DNA from: Acidobacteriota bacterium
GTDB lineage: Bacteria; Acidobacteriota; UBA890; WLXD01
NCBI GenBank assembly: GCA_963666215.2
Contig: CAXWPL010000005.1
Span: 256,001-320,000 of the forward strand
DNA: 64,000 nt
Reading direction: 5' to 3'
Numbering within the stretch: the stretch's first letter is position 1; each line of letters begins with the position of its first letter. The notes beneath the pieces were generated by a model. That model had not been told where the DNA came from and made no database searches. It worked only from the letters and a program-made list of their open reading frames with translations. The translations under genes were made by a program, and so were the position numbers. Positions 31,971 through 42,347 of this stretch are shown here, in pieces.

Positions 31971-32363
31971 CTAGGCGTAGGCGACCATCTCGATCTCAAC
32001 GCGTCCGTCCTTTGGCAGCGCCGCCACCTGCACGGTCGAGCGCGCCGGCGGGTCCGATGTGAAGTACTCGGCGTAAATCGCGTTGCAGGCCGCGAAGTCG
32101 CCCATATCGGCGAGAAATATCGTGGTCTTGAGCACGCGGTCGAAGCCGCTGCCAGCGGCTTCGAGCACCGCGGCCAGGTTCTCCATGGCGCGCCTGACCT
32201 GCGCCTCTACGCCACCCTCGACCATTTCGCCGGTGCTTGGGTCCAATCCGACTTGGCCCGCCGTGAACACCAACGTGTGAGGCCCTTGGTGCAGGGTCAG
32301 GGCTTGTGAGTAGGGGCCGAGAGCTGCCGGGGCCTGAGCGGTATGAACGCGATCGTGGGACAT
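31971..32363 (-). CDS. ridA: RidA/YjgF family enamine deaminase
   Basis: APAALGPYSQA, KTTIFLADM.DF, PPARSTVQVAALP, VEIE. Confidence 0.92.
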   Translation of the reverse strand: MSHDRVHTAQAPAALGPYSQALTLHQGPHTLVFTAGQVGLDPSTGEMVEGGVEAQVRRAMENLAAVLEAAGSGFDRVLKTTIFLADMGDFAACNAIYAEYFTSDPPARSTVQVAALPKDGRVEIEMVAYA

Positions 32364-32478
32364 GGGTAAGACCTCCGAATCTGCGTGATCAGCAGGTGAC
32401 ACGCCAAAGGAAATCAGGGGCGATCAATAGACTCCGATCGCCAAGTCGCATCGCCGCTCGGCGCCGGCCGAGGGTGCT

Positions 32479-34689
32479 TCAGGGTACCCGGCCGCGGCGC
32501 ACAGCGCGTACCCCGTCGAGCTCACGAAGGCCCTTCAGCACGCGCTTCAGATGGCGGCTGTCGGTCACGTCAACGACGAGCTCGATCGTGCCGCGGGAGG
32601 TGTCCATCTTGCTCTCGATGTGGCGGATGTTGGTCTTGTCGTCGGCGATCTTGGCGGTGAGCCTGGCCAGAAGACCTTGACGGTCGTCTACGGCGACGGC
32701 GAGCTTGACAGGCTGCACCACCCCCTTGCTGCTGCGCCACACGACGTCGATCCGGCGCTCCTTGTCGAGCAGAAGTCGATCGATGTTGCCGCACGTCCGG
32801 GCGTGAACCGAAACTCCTTTGCCGCGCGTGACGTAGCCGACGATGGCCTCACCTGGCACCGGCCCGCAGCAGCGCGCGCGGTAGACCATGATGTTGTCGA
32901 TTCCTTTGACCTCGATCGCCGCATCGGCGGCCCAGCCGACCGCGCGCTCGAAGACGCGGCGCAGGCGACCAGGCGGCGCCTTGGGCTGTCGCCTGTCAAT
33001 GTCCTCTTCCGGCAGCAAGCGGGTGACCAGCGCCCGAACCGATACCTTGCCAAATGCCACCGCAACCAGAAGATCGTCAGCTTTGCCGAGGCCGAACTGG
33101 CTCGCGACGCTGTCCATCGAGCCGTCCTTCGACAGCCTGCTGAGGCGCGCGCCGTACTTGCGTAGCTCTTTCTCGCACATCCGCCGGCCCATCTCGACGC
33201 TGCGGTCCCTCTCCTGCTTGTTGAGGTGCGCGCGGATCTTGCTGCGCGCCCGCGTCGTCTGCACCAGCTGCAGCCAGTCGCGGCTGGGCGAAGCGTCCGA
33301 GCTCGTGACGATCTCGACGATGTCACCGTTCTTGAGGTGCTGACGTAGCGGCGCGAGCTTGCCGTTGACCTTGGCCCCGGAGCAGTGGTGCCCAACCTCG
33401 GTGTGCACCATGTAGGCAAAATCGAGTGCCACCGCCCCGCGCGGCAACGCCTTGATATCGCCCTTTGGCGTGAACACGTAGACCTCGTTGGGGTAGAGGT
33501 TGAGCTTGAGCTCCGAGAGGAACTCGCGGGGATCGGAGACATCTCGCTGCGACTCGACCAGTTGCCGGAGCCAGGCAAGCGCACGCTCGTTCTCGCCCGG
33601 CGTTGCCCCCTCCTTGTACATCCAGTGCACCGCGATCCCCTCCTCCGCGATGCCGTGCATCTGCTCGGTGCGGATCTGAACTTCAAACGGCCGGCCGGCC
33701 TCCATCAGGGTCGTGTGCAGCGATTGGTACATATTGGGCTTGGGCATCGCCACGAAGTCCTTGAAGCGCCCTGGCACCGGGCTCCATTGGTTGTGGATGA
33801 TGCCGAGCACCGCATAGCAGCTGCGGATGCTGTCGGTGATGATGCGGAAAGCAACGAGATCGTACACCTGCTCCAGGTCGAGCTCGCGCCCCGACATCTT
33901 GCGGTGCAGGCTGTACAAGCCCTTGACGCGGTGTTCCACCGTGCAGGGGATGGAATGTTCCGCCACGCCGGCGCGGATTCGTCGCTCGATGTTGTGCGTC
34001 AACCGTCGCGCGGCGCGCAGCCGGCCCTTGACGCTGGCCTCGAGCGCTGCGAATTCCTCTGGCTCGAGGGTCTTGAACGATAGATCTTCGAGCTCCCCGT
34101 GAATCCGAGCCATGCCCAGGCGATGCGCCAGCGGCGCGTAAATCTCCAGTGTTTCGCGCGCAATTCGCTGCCGCTTGCCCTGCGGCAGCACCGCCAGCGT
34201 TCGCATGTTGTGCAGACGGTCGGCCAGCTTGACGAGCAGTACACGCACGTCATCGACCATCGCGACCAGGAGCTTGCGGAAATTCACCGCCTGCTGCTCG
34301 AGGTCGCTCGTAAAGCGGACACGGCCGATCTTGGTCACGCCCCCGACAAGCTTGGCAACCTCGTCGCCGAAGGCTTCGCTCAGCCGTTCGGTGTCGACCT
34401 CCGTGTCCTCGAGGACGTCGTGGAGGATCGCAACGGCGACGCTGACGCCATCAAGACCGAGCTCGGCGAGGATCATGGCCACGGCCAGCGGATGGCTGAC
34501 GTAGGGCTCCCCCGACTTGCGGTTTTGACCCTCGTGCGCGTGCTCGGCGAACACGTGGGCGCGCCGTATCAGGTCAACATCACCGTCGGGCCGCTTGCGC
34601 TCGAAGATCTCGAGCACGTCCTCGAGCCGAACCACTCCGGAGCCGCCTATGGCGGCAGTTCGGGCACGAGAAAGGGTCCGGACGGCCAC
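32479..34689 (-). CDS. rel: Bifunctional (p)ppGpp synthetase/hydrolase
   Basis: RKSGEPY..HP, HDVLED hydrolase motif, RFKD, YQSLHT, EVQIRT, TGS domain (FTPKG), CC.PVPG and ACT domain. Confidence 0.96.
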   Translation of the reverse strand: MAVRTLSRARTAAIGGSGVVRLEDVLEIFERKRPDGDVDLIRRAHVFAEHAHEGQNRKSGEPYVSHPLAVAMILAELGLDGVSVAVAILHDVLEDTEVDTERLSEAFGDEVAKLVGGVTKIGRVRFTSDLEQQAVNFRKLLVAMVDDVRVLLVKLADRLHNMRTLAVLPQGKRQRIARETLEIYAPLAHRLGMARIHGELEDLSFKTLEPEEFAALEASVKGRLRAARRLTHNIERRIRAGVAEHSIPCTVEHRVKGLYSLHRKMSGRELDLEQVYDLVAFRIITDSIRSCYAVLGIIHNQWSPVPGRFKDFVAMPKPNMYQSLHTTLMEAGRPFEVQIRTEQMHGIAEEGIAVHWMYKEGATPGENERALAWLRQLVESQRDVSDPREFLSELKLNLYPNEVYVFTPKGDIKALPRGAVALDFAYMVHTEVGHHCSGAKVNGKLAPLRQHLKNGDIVEIVTSSDASPSRDWLQLVQTTRARSKIRAHLNKQERDRSVEMGRRMCEKELRKYGARLSRLSKDGSMDSVASQFGLGKADDLLVAVAFGKVSVRALVTRLLPEEDIDRRQPKAPPGRLRRVFERAVGWAADAAIEVKGIDNIMVYRARCCGPVPGEAIVGYVTRGKGVSVHARTCGNIDRLLLDKERRIDVVWRSSKGVVQPVKLAVAVDDRQGLLARLTAKIADDKTNIRHIESKMDTSRGTIELVVDVTDSRHLKRVLKGLRELDGVRAVRRGRVP

Positions 34690-34865
34690 GCGATCGCCTG
34701 CGGCTGACGGGGCGCAAGAAGCGCCGGTAACGAGCGACCCGGCAGTCGGCCGCTAGGCGCGGCTACGAGTGCGACCGCGACGACGATCCGCTACCGGGAG
34801 TTCCCCCGAGGATACCACCGGCGACGCCGAATTCGCTGGGGTCACAGCCAACTCGCCACCGGCGA

Positions 34866-36035
34866 TCACGCGCGTAGCTTGCGCCTCGCGGTCTCGCGCT
34901 CCTCCCACAGATACACGATGGGCGCGGCGACGAAGAGCGACGAGTAGGTGCCGATGACCACGCCGATGAGCAGTGCAAACGAGAAATCGTTGATCACCGG
35001 GCCGCCGAGCACGAACAGCGACACCACCACGATCAACGTCGTCATCGAGGTGAGCAACGTGCGCGACAGGGTTTGGTTGAGACTGAGGTTGAAACGATCG
35101 AACACGGGCATCCGCCTCTGGGTCGTGTTGTTCTCGCGGATGCGGTCGAACACGACCACGGTATCGTTCAGCGAATAGCCGACGATCGTCAACAACGCCG
35201 CCACGACCGGCAGATTGAACTCACGGCCGCTGAGCGAGAAAGCGCCGACGGCCACGAGGACGTCGTGCACGAGCGCGACCACGGCCGCGACACCGAAACG
35301 GAACTGGAAGCGGTACGTGATGTACGCGAGCAGTCCCACCAGCGCCCAGATGATCGCCTGCACCGTCTGACGGCGCAACTCCTGCCCGACCTGCGGCCCC
35401 ACCGACTGGCTGTCGACAACGGCGTAAGACCCCAGCCTCGTACCGTCGCGAACGGCGCTCAGGACGCGCTCGTCGGCGGTGTCAGCGCGGAAGCCGTCCC
35501 ATGTGGTGAGCAGCCCCTGCTGCGCCTTCGCCGCGTAAATCGCGTCGACCCCCTCTCGGTACGCGGCCTGCGCAGCCTCGAGGTCGAGGTCGAGGTCGAA
35601 CTCCAAGGGATTGGCTCGCAACAGGAGCGCCAGAACCTGATCTTGGCCGGCCATGTTGATGTCGAGCGCGTCGTCCTCCGAGCCATAAATGTCGGCAAGT
35701 GCCGCGGTTACAGCGGCGACGGCCGCGTCGATCTCGCTTCCTTCGGTGACCGCGCCGGGAGCCCTGATCAGCACCTCGTTCGAGCCCGCTTCGAATTCCT
35801 GCAGCGTCACTTCCGGCAGGCCCGCTGTGGTCAACGCGTCGCGCAGCGCGCCAAGGTCTGGCGCCTGCGCGAAGCGGACGACAATCTGGCTGCCACCGGC
35901 GAAGTCGATGCCGAGACGCGGCCCGCCGGCGAGGATGAGGGATCCGACGCTGACCGCGAGGAGCGCAGCCGACACGGCAAAGCCCAGGCTGCGCTTGCCG
36001 AGGAAATCGATGTGGGTCTCGCCAAAGAATCTCAT
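34866..36035 (-). CDS. secF: Protein translocase subunit SecF
   Basis: LGIDFAGG, GYSLNDTVVVFDRIRE, SRTLLTS, GTYSS. Confidence 0.96.
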   Translation of the reverse strand: MRFFGETHIDFLGKRSLGFAVSAALLAVSVGSLILAGGPRLGIDFAGGSQIVVRFAQAPDLGALRDALTTAGLPEVTLQEFEAGSNEVLIRAPGAVTEGSEIDAAVAAVTAALADIYGSEDDALDINMAGQDQVLALLLRANPLEFDLDLDLEAAQAAYREGVDAIYAAKAQQGLLTTWDGFRADTADERVLSAVRDGTRLGSYAVVDSQSVGPQVGQELRRQTVQAIIWALVGLLAYITYRFQFRFGVAAVVALVHDVLVAVGAFSLSGREFNLPVVAALLTIVGYSLNDTVVVFDRIRENNTTQRRMPVFDRFNLSLNQTLSRTLLTSMTTLIVVVSLFVLGGPVINDFSFALLIGVVIGTYSSLFVAAPIVYLWEERETARRKLRA

Positions 36036-36071
36036 TGCGGATCGGCCTCGGGATTCGAACTCGGTCGCTTG

Positions 36072-37628
36072 CTAGATGCTGAGGCTGCGCGGTCGAAGCA
36101 GCGTCCAAAGATCGAAGAGCACGCGCGACACGAAAACCGCGGTGAACATCGAGGCGAGGATGCCGATCACCAGCGTGACGGCGAAGCCTTTCACCGGACC
36201 GGTGCCGAACTGAAACAGGAACACCGCGGCCACCAGGGTCGTGATGTTGGCGTCGACAATCGCCGAGAATGCCTTGGCGAAACCCGTGTTGATAGCTGAG
36301 CGCACGGTCTTGCCGAGATTGATCTCCTCACGAATTCTTTCGAAGATCAGCACGTTGGCGTCGACCGCCATGCCGATCAGCAGGATCATGCCGGCAATAC
36401 CCGGAAGGGTCAGCGTCGCCTCCAGCATGGCCATGACGCCCATGACGATGACGAGGTTGAGCGCCAGCGCGACAATCGCGTTGATGCCGGCGCCCTTGTA
36501 GTAGACGAGCATGAACGCCACGACGATCGCCAAGCCCACGCTCGCGGCAGCCACTCCCCGATCGATCGACTCGCGGCCGAGCGACGGCCCCACAGAGCGT
36601 TCCTCTAGGTAGCGGATCGACGCTGGCAACGCACCCGCACGGAGCACCAGGGCCAGATCCTCGGCCTCCTCGAGCGAGTAGCCGCCACGGATTTGCCCGT
36701 TGTTGATGATGCGCTCCTCGATAATCGGTGCCGTCTGGACCCGATTGTCGAGGATGACGGCCAGGTAGCTGCCCACGTTGGCGCCCGTGGCTTCGCCGAA
36801 TTTCCGTGAGCCCTCGGCATTGAGTGTGAAGTTGACGGAGGGCAAGCCGAACTCGTCCTGGCCCATCCGCGCCGTCCTCAGGTCGCGGCCAGTAATGACC
36901 GGATCGCGGTCCACCAGGTAAAAGTGCGTGTGAGCCGCAACACCCTCGTTCCCCGTGCCGGTCACCACTTCCGAGGCCGCGGGTACCAAGCCGTCGGGCA
37001 GCAGCAGCTCGCGACTGTCGGCCGGGCCACGCTGCACCAACTTGAGCTCGAGCAGGGCTGTGTTGCGCAGCAGCTCCTTCACCCTCTCGGGGTTCTCCAC
37101 GCCGGGAAGCTGAACGAGAATGCGATCGCCGGTGATGCCTTGCCGCTGAATGATCGGCTCGCTGACGCCAAACTCGTCGATTCGGTTGCGGATGGTCTGC
37201 AGCGCCTGCTCGATCGCGGTGTCGCGGTAGCGAGTGGCCGTGGTCGCAGACAGAACGAAGCGGACTCCCGGGGCGCCGTCGTCGCCGCTGACGCGGGACG
37301 TGCTGTACACCGAGTAGTTGTCGGTTGCCACCTGAAGAGCGCGGTCTCGATCGGCATCCGACGCCAACAGCACGGTGCCGCCGCGAGTACCGTCAGGCGT
37401 CACGCTGGCCGCCTCAATGCCTTCGTCGGCGAGAAAGCGGCGGAACGAATCGAGGTCGTCACGGACCTCCGCCTCTACCGCCTCGTCGGCGTCCACGCTG
37501 AGCACCAGATGGATGCCGCCGCGCAGATCGAGGCCGAGCTTGATCTTCTCGCCGGGCGGATAGGACAGGAAGGCGAAGAGCGCGGCGACACCGGCGATCA
37601 GGATTAGCTTCCAGCGCAGCTCTTGCAT
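36072..37628 (-). CDS. secD: Protein translocase subunit SecD
   Basis: LGLDLRGG, VGPSLG, TLTLPGIAG, GMAVDANVLIFERIREE. Confidence 0.97.
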   Translation of the reverse strand: MQELRWKLILIAGVAALFAFLSYPPGEKIKLGLDLRGGIHLVLSVDADEAVEAEVRDDLDSFRRFLADEGIEAASVTPDGTRGGTVLLASDADRDRALQVATDNYSVYSTSRVSGDDGAPGVRFVLSATTATRYRDTAIEQALQTIRNRIDEFGVSEPIIQRQGITGDRILVQLPGVENPERVKELLRNTALLELKLVQRGPADSRELLLPDGLVPAASEVVTGTGNEGVAAHTHFYLVDRDPVITGRDLRTARMGQDEFGLPSVNFTLNAEGSRKFGEATGANVGSYLAVILDNRVQTAPIIEERIINNGQIRGGYSLEEAEDLALVLRAGALPASIRYLEERSVGPSLGRESIDRGVAAASVGLAIVVAFMLVYYKGAGINAIVALALNLVIVMGVMAMLEATLTLPGIAGMILLIGMAVDANVLIFERIREEINLGKTVRSAINTGFAKAFSAIVDANITTLVAAVFLFQFGTGPVKGFAVTLVIGILASMFTAVFVSRVLFDLWTLLRPRSLSI

Positions 37629-37638
37629 CGCGAGTCTC

Positions 37639-37655
37639 GGGGGGGGGGGGGGGGG
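37639..37655. repeat. G17 homopolymer (C17 on the coding strand) between yajC and secD
   Basis: Counted directly; lies 10 nt upstream of the secD ATG. Confidence 0.9.
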
Positions 37656-37691
37656 TGCGGATGGCCCTAGAGGGCTCGTTCCAGAAATCCG

Positions 37692-38027
37692 TCAGTCTTG
37701 ATTGGGCGGCTTGGCCAAGCTCGACACGCTCGGTTTGGTGACCTCGATCTTGACCTGCTCGGCGATCTTCAGGCGAATCCTGTCTTCCTGGATCCCGACT
37801 ACGGTGCCGTAGATGCCGCCGCTCGTGACCACCTTGTCGCCGTGCTTGAGCGCCGCGATCATCGCGTCGTGCTCGCGTTGGCGACGACGCACGGGAGCGA
37901 TCAGCAGAAAGTAGAAGATCGGCAGGAGCAGCAGGATCGGGACGAGCCCCGCCCACGGACTCTGGCCCTGCGTCGGGGCGATCAGCCAGATGTTCAGCAA
38001 TGGTGCGGACAAGCGCGAGATCTCCAT
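37692..38027 (-). CDS. yajC: Preprotein translocase subunit YajC
   Basis: IFYFLLIAP, L..GDKVVTSGGIYG; located between tgt and secD. Confidence 0.95.
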   Translation of the reverse strand: MEISRLSAPLLNIWLIAPTQGQSPWAGLVPILLLLPIFYFLLIAPVRRRQREHDAMIAALKHGDKVVTSGGIYGTVVGIQEDRIRLKIAEQVKIEVTKPSVSSLAKPPNQD

Positions 38028-38120
38028 GTCCCAAGTGCCAGGCAACGTACGTACGCTTCCCGCGCTCGGCAATGCGAATTGCACCGGGCCACCGCGCGCT
38101 CGACCGCGCTCATTCGCTGC

Positions 38121-39296
38121 CTATTCGCTCTCGACACCTTGGTCGATTCGGCCCAAGCGGGCACGCAGCTCGGCGAACTCACCGGCCGCGATAGCCTGAC
38201 GGATGCCCCTCATGGTGTCAAGATAGAAGGTCAGGTTATGGAGCGTGAGAAGCACGCTGGCGAGCATCTCACGGCGTTGATTCAGATGACGCAGATAGGC
38301 GCGCGAATAGCGCTCGCATGCCGGACAACCACAGGCCTCGTCGAGAGGCCTTTCGTCGTCGGCGTACGCCGCATGCCGTAGCGTAATGCGACCGCGGCTG
38401 GTAATCGCCACGCCGTTGCGGGCGTGGCGCGTGGGGATGACGCAGTCGAAGAGATCAACGCCTCGGGCCACCCCCTCGATGAGATCGTGCGGCGTACCCA
38501 TGCCCATCAGGTAGCGGGGCTTGTCGCCAGGCAGTTCCTCGATCGCTGCGCCGAGCGCCGACCAGGTCCGTGCCTTGTCCTCGCCAACCGAAAGACCACC
38601 CACCGCGTACCCGTCGAACGGCAACGCGGCAAGAGCAGCCGCGTGGGCCGCGCGAAGCTCCTCGTGCTCGCCCCCCTGGGCGATGGCGAAGAGTCCGCCA
38701 GGCAGCAGATCGCGACGTGCCAGGCTGCGCTCGGCCCATCGCTGACTGCGCTGCATGGCGGCCGCCGCGCGACCCCGGTCGGCAGGATTGGCGATGCACT
38801 CGTCGAGCACCATCGCCACGTCAACGCCCAGGTCCGCCTGGATCTCAACGACCCGTTCGGGGGTCAGTCGCGCGCGCGACCCGTCGATCGGAGATTGAAA
38901 CGTGACACCGTCGTCGTCGATGATGCGCCGGCCCGCAAGCGACATCACCTGATAGCCACCACTGTCAGTCAGGATTGGCCGCCGCCATCCCATGAACCGA
39001 TGCAAGCCACCGAGCCTCTTGACACGGTCTGCCCCGGGCCGGTCCGAAAGGTGGTAAGCGTTGGAGAGTACGATCTGGGCTCCGACCGCTTCGAGGTCCT
39101 GGGCTCGAACACCCTTGACCGCGCCGTAGGTGCCCACGGGCATGAACTCCGGCGTCTCGACGTCGCCGTGCGGTGTCCGCAGTCGCCCACAGCGAGCGCA
39201 GTCGGCGCCCATGGCTTCAGCGACGCCGGCCTCCGCCACCGGCTGGTCGCCGGGCGCACGGCCTGGGGCGGGCACAGTGATATCGAACTCGATCAT
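38121..39296 (-). CDS. tgt: Queuine tRNA-ribosyltransferase
   Basis: TPEFMPVGT, ILTDSGGYQV, GGLSVGE, DLFDCVIPTR, CGCPAC zinc site. Confidence 0.97.
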   Translation of the reverse strand: MIEFDITVPAPGRAPGDQPVAEAGVAEAMGADCARCGRLRTPHGDVETPEFMPVGTYGAVKGVRAQDLEAVGAQIVLSNAYHLSDRPGADRVKRLGGLHRFMGWRRPILTDSGGYQVMSLAGRRIIDDDGVTFQSPIDGSRARLTPERVVEIQADLGVDVAMVLDECIANPADRGRAAAAMQRSQRWAERSLARRDLLPGGLFAIAQGGEHEELRAAHAAALAALPFDGYAVGGLSVGEDKARTWSALGAAIEELPGDKPRYLMGMGTPHDLIEGVARGVDLFDCVIPTRHARNGVAITSRGRITLRHAAYADDERPLDEACGCPACERYSRAYLRHLNQRREMLASVLLTLHNLTFYLDTMRGIRQAIAAGEFAELRARLGRIDQGVESE

Positions 39297-40657
39297 CTGC
39301 CCGGCGAGGCCTTCGGGTTCGCCAACTCGTCAGGCGGCGCGCTCCCGGTCCCGCAAGCACCAGAGCCCGCGCTATCGGCGAAGTGATCGAAGCCGCGCGG
39401 CGCCAGCTCGCGTCGTTTGCCCTCGGCCACGATCGTGATCGCTGTCGCCTCGTCTTCGCCGACCGGTTGCGACTTTGGGGCACAGATTGACCCTATCCGT
39501 CGAGCGGCAACGCCGTGCCGCGCCGCCAGACCGGCGAAGGCTTCAGAACGGCCCGCATGGACGGCACAGAGCAACTCGTAGTCGTCGCCCCCGTGCAACA
39601 CCCATTGGAGCACCAAGTCGGCCACCGCCGCCGGCTGAGAGGGCGCGTCGCCCCAGTCGACGGGATCAGCGGTATCGGCCGTATCGGCGCGGTCGGCGCG
39701 GTCGACGGCGCCGATCAGATGAGCAGCCGCGAGCAGTACGGGATCCGCGAGCGCCTCCCTCTGCAGCACGGCTGCGACTCCCGAAGCACGGCACATCCGC
39801 TCGAGGTCAGTCGCAAGGCCATCGCTGACGTCCAGCATGGCAGCAACGAGGCCGGCGGCTCCGGCTTCGGCCCCGAGCTGTATCGGCGGGCAAGGTCGCA
39901 CGAAAGCGGCGACGCACACCGATGCGGCCGACTCATCATCGGGCGTTGTTTCCATGGCCAGCAGCTCTCGCCCGGCGGCTGCGCGGCCGGGATACCCGGT
40001 GACCCAGAGCTCCATTCCTTCAACGGCGCCGTCGCGACGAACCGGCTCACCCGGCCGGGCCGCAGCGGCGTCGACCGCGCGACTGTCGTCCGTGTGCTGA
40101 ATCACACCGATCGCGGTTACGGTCAGGCCGCGCTCAGCGCCGCGACCGAGGTCGCCGCCGATCACTGCCACTCCGAGCTCGACCTGCGCATCGGCCATGC
40201 CATCGGCGACGCCGTCGAACCATTCGTTCGGAGTGTCTCTGGGCGCCTGCACCGTGCACAGGGCCCAGCGCGGTACGGCTCCCATCGCCCCGAGATCGCT
40301 GCAAGCGACCGCGAGGGCGCGCCGGCCGAGCTGTTGGGGTGTCAGCCACGAACGCTCGAAGTGCACCCCTTCCCGCTGCGCATCGACGGAGAGAACCAAC
40401 CTTCCTGCGGGCGACCGGACCACGGCAGCGTCGTCCCCCGGCCCGAGCTCGAGGCGAGCCATCGCGTCGGCGAGGGCGGCTTGCGGAGAGGCGGCCGCGC
40501 CGAGCGATGCGGTCGACGCGGCGGTGTGACTCTCGGGGATCGCGGCGGCCAATCGGCGGCGGATACGCTCGATACGCCCGGTCTCCAACCCGCCATCAGC
40601 CCGGCACGCGGCGGATCCAGAAGCCCGTCGCAGCTCGCGGCGCGAAGTCTGGCTCAT
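39293..40657 (-). CDS. thiL: Thiamine-monophosphate kinase
   Basis: GPGDDAAV, EGVHF, SDLGAMGA.P, IGGD, DVSDGL, GGDDYEL, GFDHF. ATG at 40657 overlaps the upstream stop. Confidence 0.92.
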   Translation of the reverse strand: MSQTSRRELRRASGSAACRADGGLETGRIERIRRRLAAAIPESHTAASTASLGAAASPQAALADAMARLELGPGDDAAVVRSPAGRLVLSVDAQREGVHFERSWLTPQQLGRRALAVACSDLGAMGAVPRWALCTVQAPRDTPNEWFDGVADGMADAQVELGVAVIGGDLGRGAERGLTVTAIGVIQHTDDSRAVDAAAARPGEPVRRDGAVEGMELWVTGYPGRAAAGRELLAMETTPDDESAASVCVAAFVRPCPPIQLGAEAGAAGLVAAMLDVSDGLATDLERMCRASGVAAVLQREALADPVLLAAAHLIGAVDRADRADTADTADPVDWGDAPSQPAAVADLVLQWVLHGGDDYELLCAVHAGRSEAFAGLAARHGVAARRIGSICAPKSQPVGEDEATAITIVAEGKRRELAPRGFDHFADSAGSGACGTGSAPPDELANPKASPGR

Positions 40658-42243
40658 GGGTTCGTACCCCCTGGCTCGCCAACGTCGGCGCCGACCGACG
40701 CTGAGCACGCCTCCTGCAGCCGAACAACTTCGGCCGCGGCCCACGCGATCGCCTCTTCGGCGTCGCCAAAACGGCCCTGAACCTGCCGCCGCGCGGCACG
40801 ACGCAGCAACTGGCCCAGCTTCGGTCCGGGCGTCAATCCGGCGTGCTCGAGCATGCGTCCGTCCACCCAGCGGGGCAGCCGCGCGGCAGCAGCGAGCTCG
40901 GCGAGCCGCGTCGCGGCGCGATTTTCGGAGAACGGCACTGCGAGCTCGGCGAGAACGGCGGCGTCGAGCGCCGCCGCAGGATCGTCGAGCGCCTTCTCGG
41001 TAAGCTGTCGATCGAGGTCGTCGTTTTTCTCCACCGGCTCGCCAAGATCGCCGCCAGCGCACCGCGGGTCGTCGTCTTCGTTCTCGCTCCCGGCTTGATC
41101 CACCTGGTTGATCGCCAACGTCCACCGTGCGCGCCGGCTCGATTGGCGCAACCAGCGGCGAGACCAGCGGCGCCGTGCCATCTGATCGCAAAGAGCCTCG
41201 ATAGCGACCACCGCGTTGGCCCGCGTCGACTCCTGTGGCTGGCTCGCGGCCAACACTCCCAGGTCGTGAAGCAACGCCGCCAGCCGCATACACGCCGCTC
41301 GATCGCTCCACACCGGTGGGCGCCCTTGCCGTCGCCCAACATGTCTGGGTGGATCGGGAGAATCCGGGGAATCGGCAGCATCGAGACCAGCGCGATCGGG
41401 ATCTCCCTCGCGGGCCTCCAAGGCCTCAATGAGGCCATCGGTGGCACCTGAGACGGAACCACCGAGCGTCAGCTCGGCCAGACCGAACTCTGAGGCTAGC
41501 GCGACGCCGTCCGCCCAGCGCGGCCCTGAAAGTAGCAGCTCCCATTCGCTAGCCACGCGCTCGTCCGCCACGCTCGCGATTCGCGCCACGTTGCCGGCGA
41601 TGGCAGCACGTGTTGCCGGATCGAGATCGAACCCGGGCAGCGCGCTGGCGTAGCGAACTCCACGCAGCAAGCGCAACGGATCGTCGCGAAATGCGCCCTG
41701 GGTAACACAAACCAGCCGCCGAGCGGCGAGATGGTCGCGGCCGTGGAACGGGTCCATGAGGCGGGTCGCGAGGAGCTCTGGGTCGACGTCGACCGCGGGC
41801 CCCGGCGCAGACGCCTGGCCGCCCGGCTCCGTCTTGTCCCAGGGCGGGGAGACGCTCGCACGCGGCGCAAGTCCGCCGAGCCGCAATGCCATGGCGTTCA
41901 CGGTGAAGTCACGACGCGTCAGATCGTCACGCAGCGTGCCCAACGCGCGCCCGATGTCTACTTGTTGGCCGTGCCAGCGGAAACGTCGAGTGTCCTGGAA
42001 ACGATCGCCGATTTGCGCCGGCTCCCGACCCAGAGCGAGGCGCACGGCGTCCAGGAACACCTCGAATTCGGATTCGACGACGATGTCCAGATCGTGCGGC
42101 GGACGCCCGAGCCAGGCGTCGCGGAGGGCGCCGCCCACGAGCGCCACAGGCGCCGGATGAGCGCCAGCCAATCGATCGAGGCTGGCGAGCGGCTCGCGAC
42201 TGAGGAGTCGAGCAAGTGCGCCAAGGCCGTTGACGGTGTTCAT
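40654..42243 (-). CDS. cca: tRNA nucleotidyltransferase / poly(A) polymerase family protein
   Basis: LVGGALRD, DLD, DL.RRDFTVNAMA, FRDDPLRLLRGVRY, ERVASE. Confidence 0.85.
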   Translation of the reverse strand: MNTVNGLGALARLLSREPLASLDRLAGAHPAPVALVGGALRDAWLGRPPHDLDIVVESEFEVFLDAVRLALGREPAQIGDRFQDTRRFRWHGQQVDIGRALGTLRDDLTRRDFTVNAMALRLGGLAPRASVSPPWDKTEPGGQASAPGPAVDVDPELLATRLMDPFHGRDHLAARRLVCVTQGAFRDDPLRLLRGVRYASALPGFDLDPATRAAIAGNVARIASVADERVASEWELLLSGPRWADGVALASEFGLAELTLGGSVSGATDGLIEALEAREGDPDRAGLDAADSPDSPDPPRHVGRRQGRPPVWSDRAACMRLAALLHDLGVLAASQPQESTRANAVVAIEALCDQMARRRWSRRWLRQSSRRARWTLAINQVDQAGSENEDDDPRCAGGDLGEPVEKNDDLDRQLTEKALDDPAAALDAAVLAELAVPFSENRAATRLAELAAAARLPRWVDGRMLEHAGLTPGPKLGQLLRRAARRQVQGRFGDAEEAIAWAAAEVVRLQEACSASVGADVGEPGGTNP

Positions 42244-42347
42244 CGATTTCTTCGATTCATCCAAGCAAGCGCCGGACGACTGTCGGGCTTGTCCGATCAC
42301 GCGCTCTACGCTCCCTCGAGAGAAGTACGGAGCCCACTCACGACCGC

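Noticed and set aside
35578-35600. TCGAGG repeats in secF
   Set aside because: In-frame coding repeat (DLDLDL); too short to imply a function.
40658-41311. Apparent long N-terminal extension of ThiL
   Set aside because: Overlaps cca out of frame; the ATG at 40657 overlapping the cca stop is the better start.
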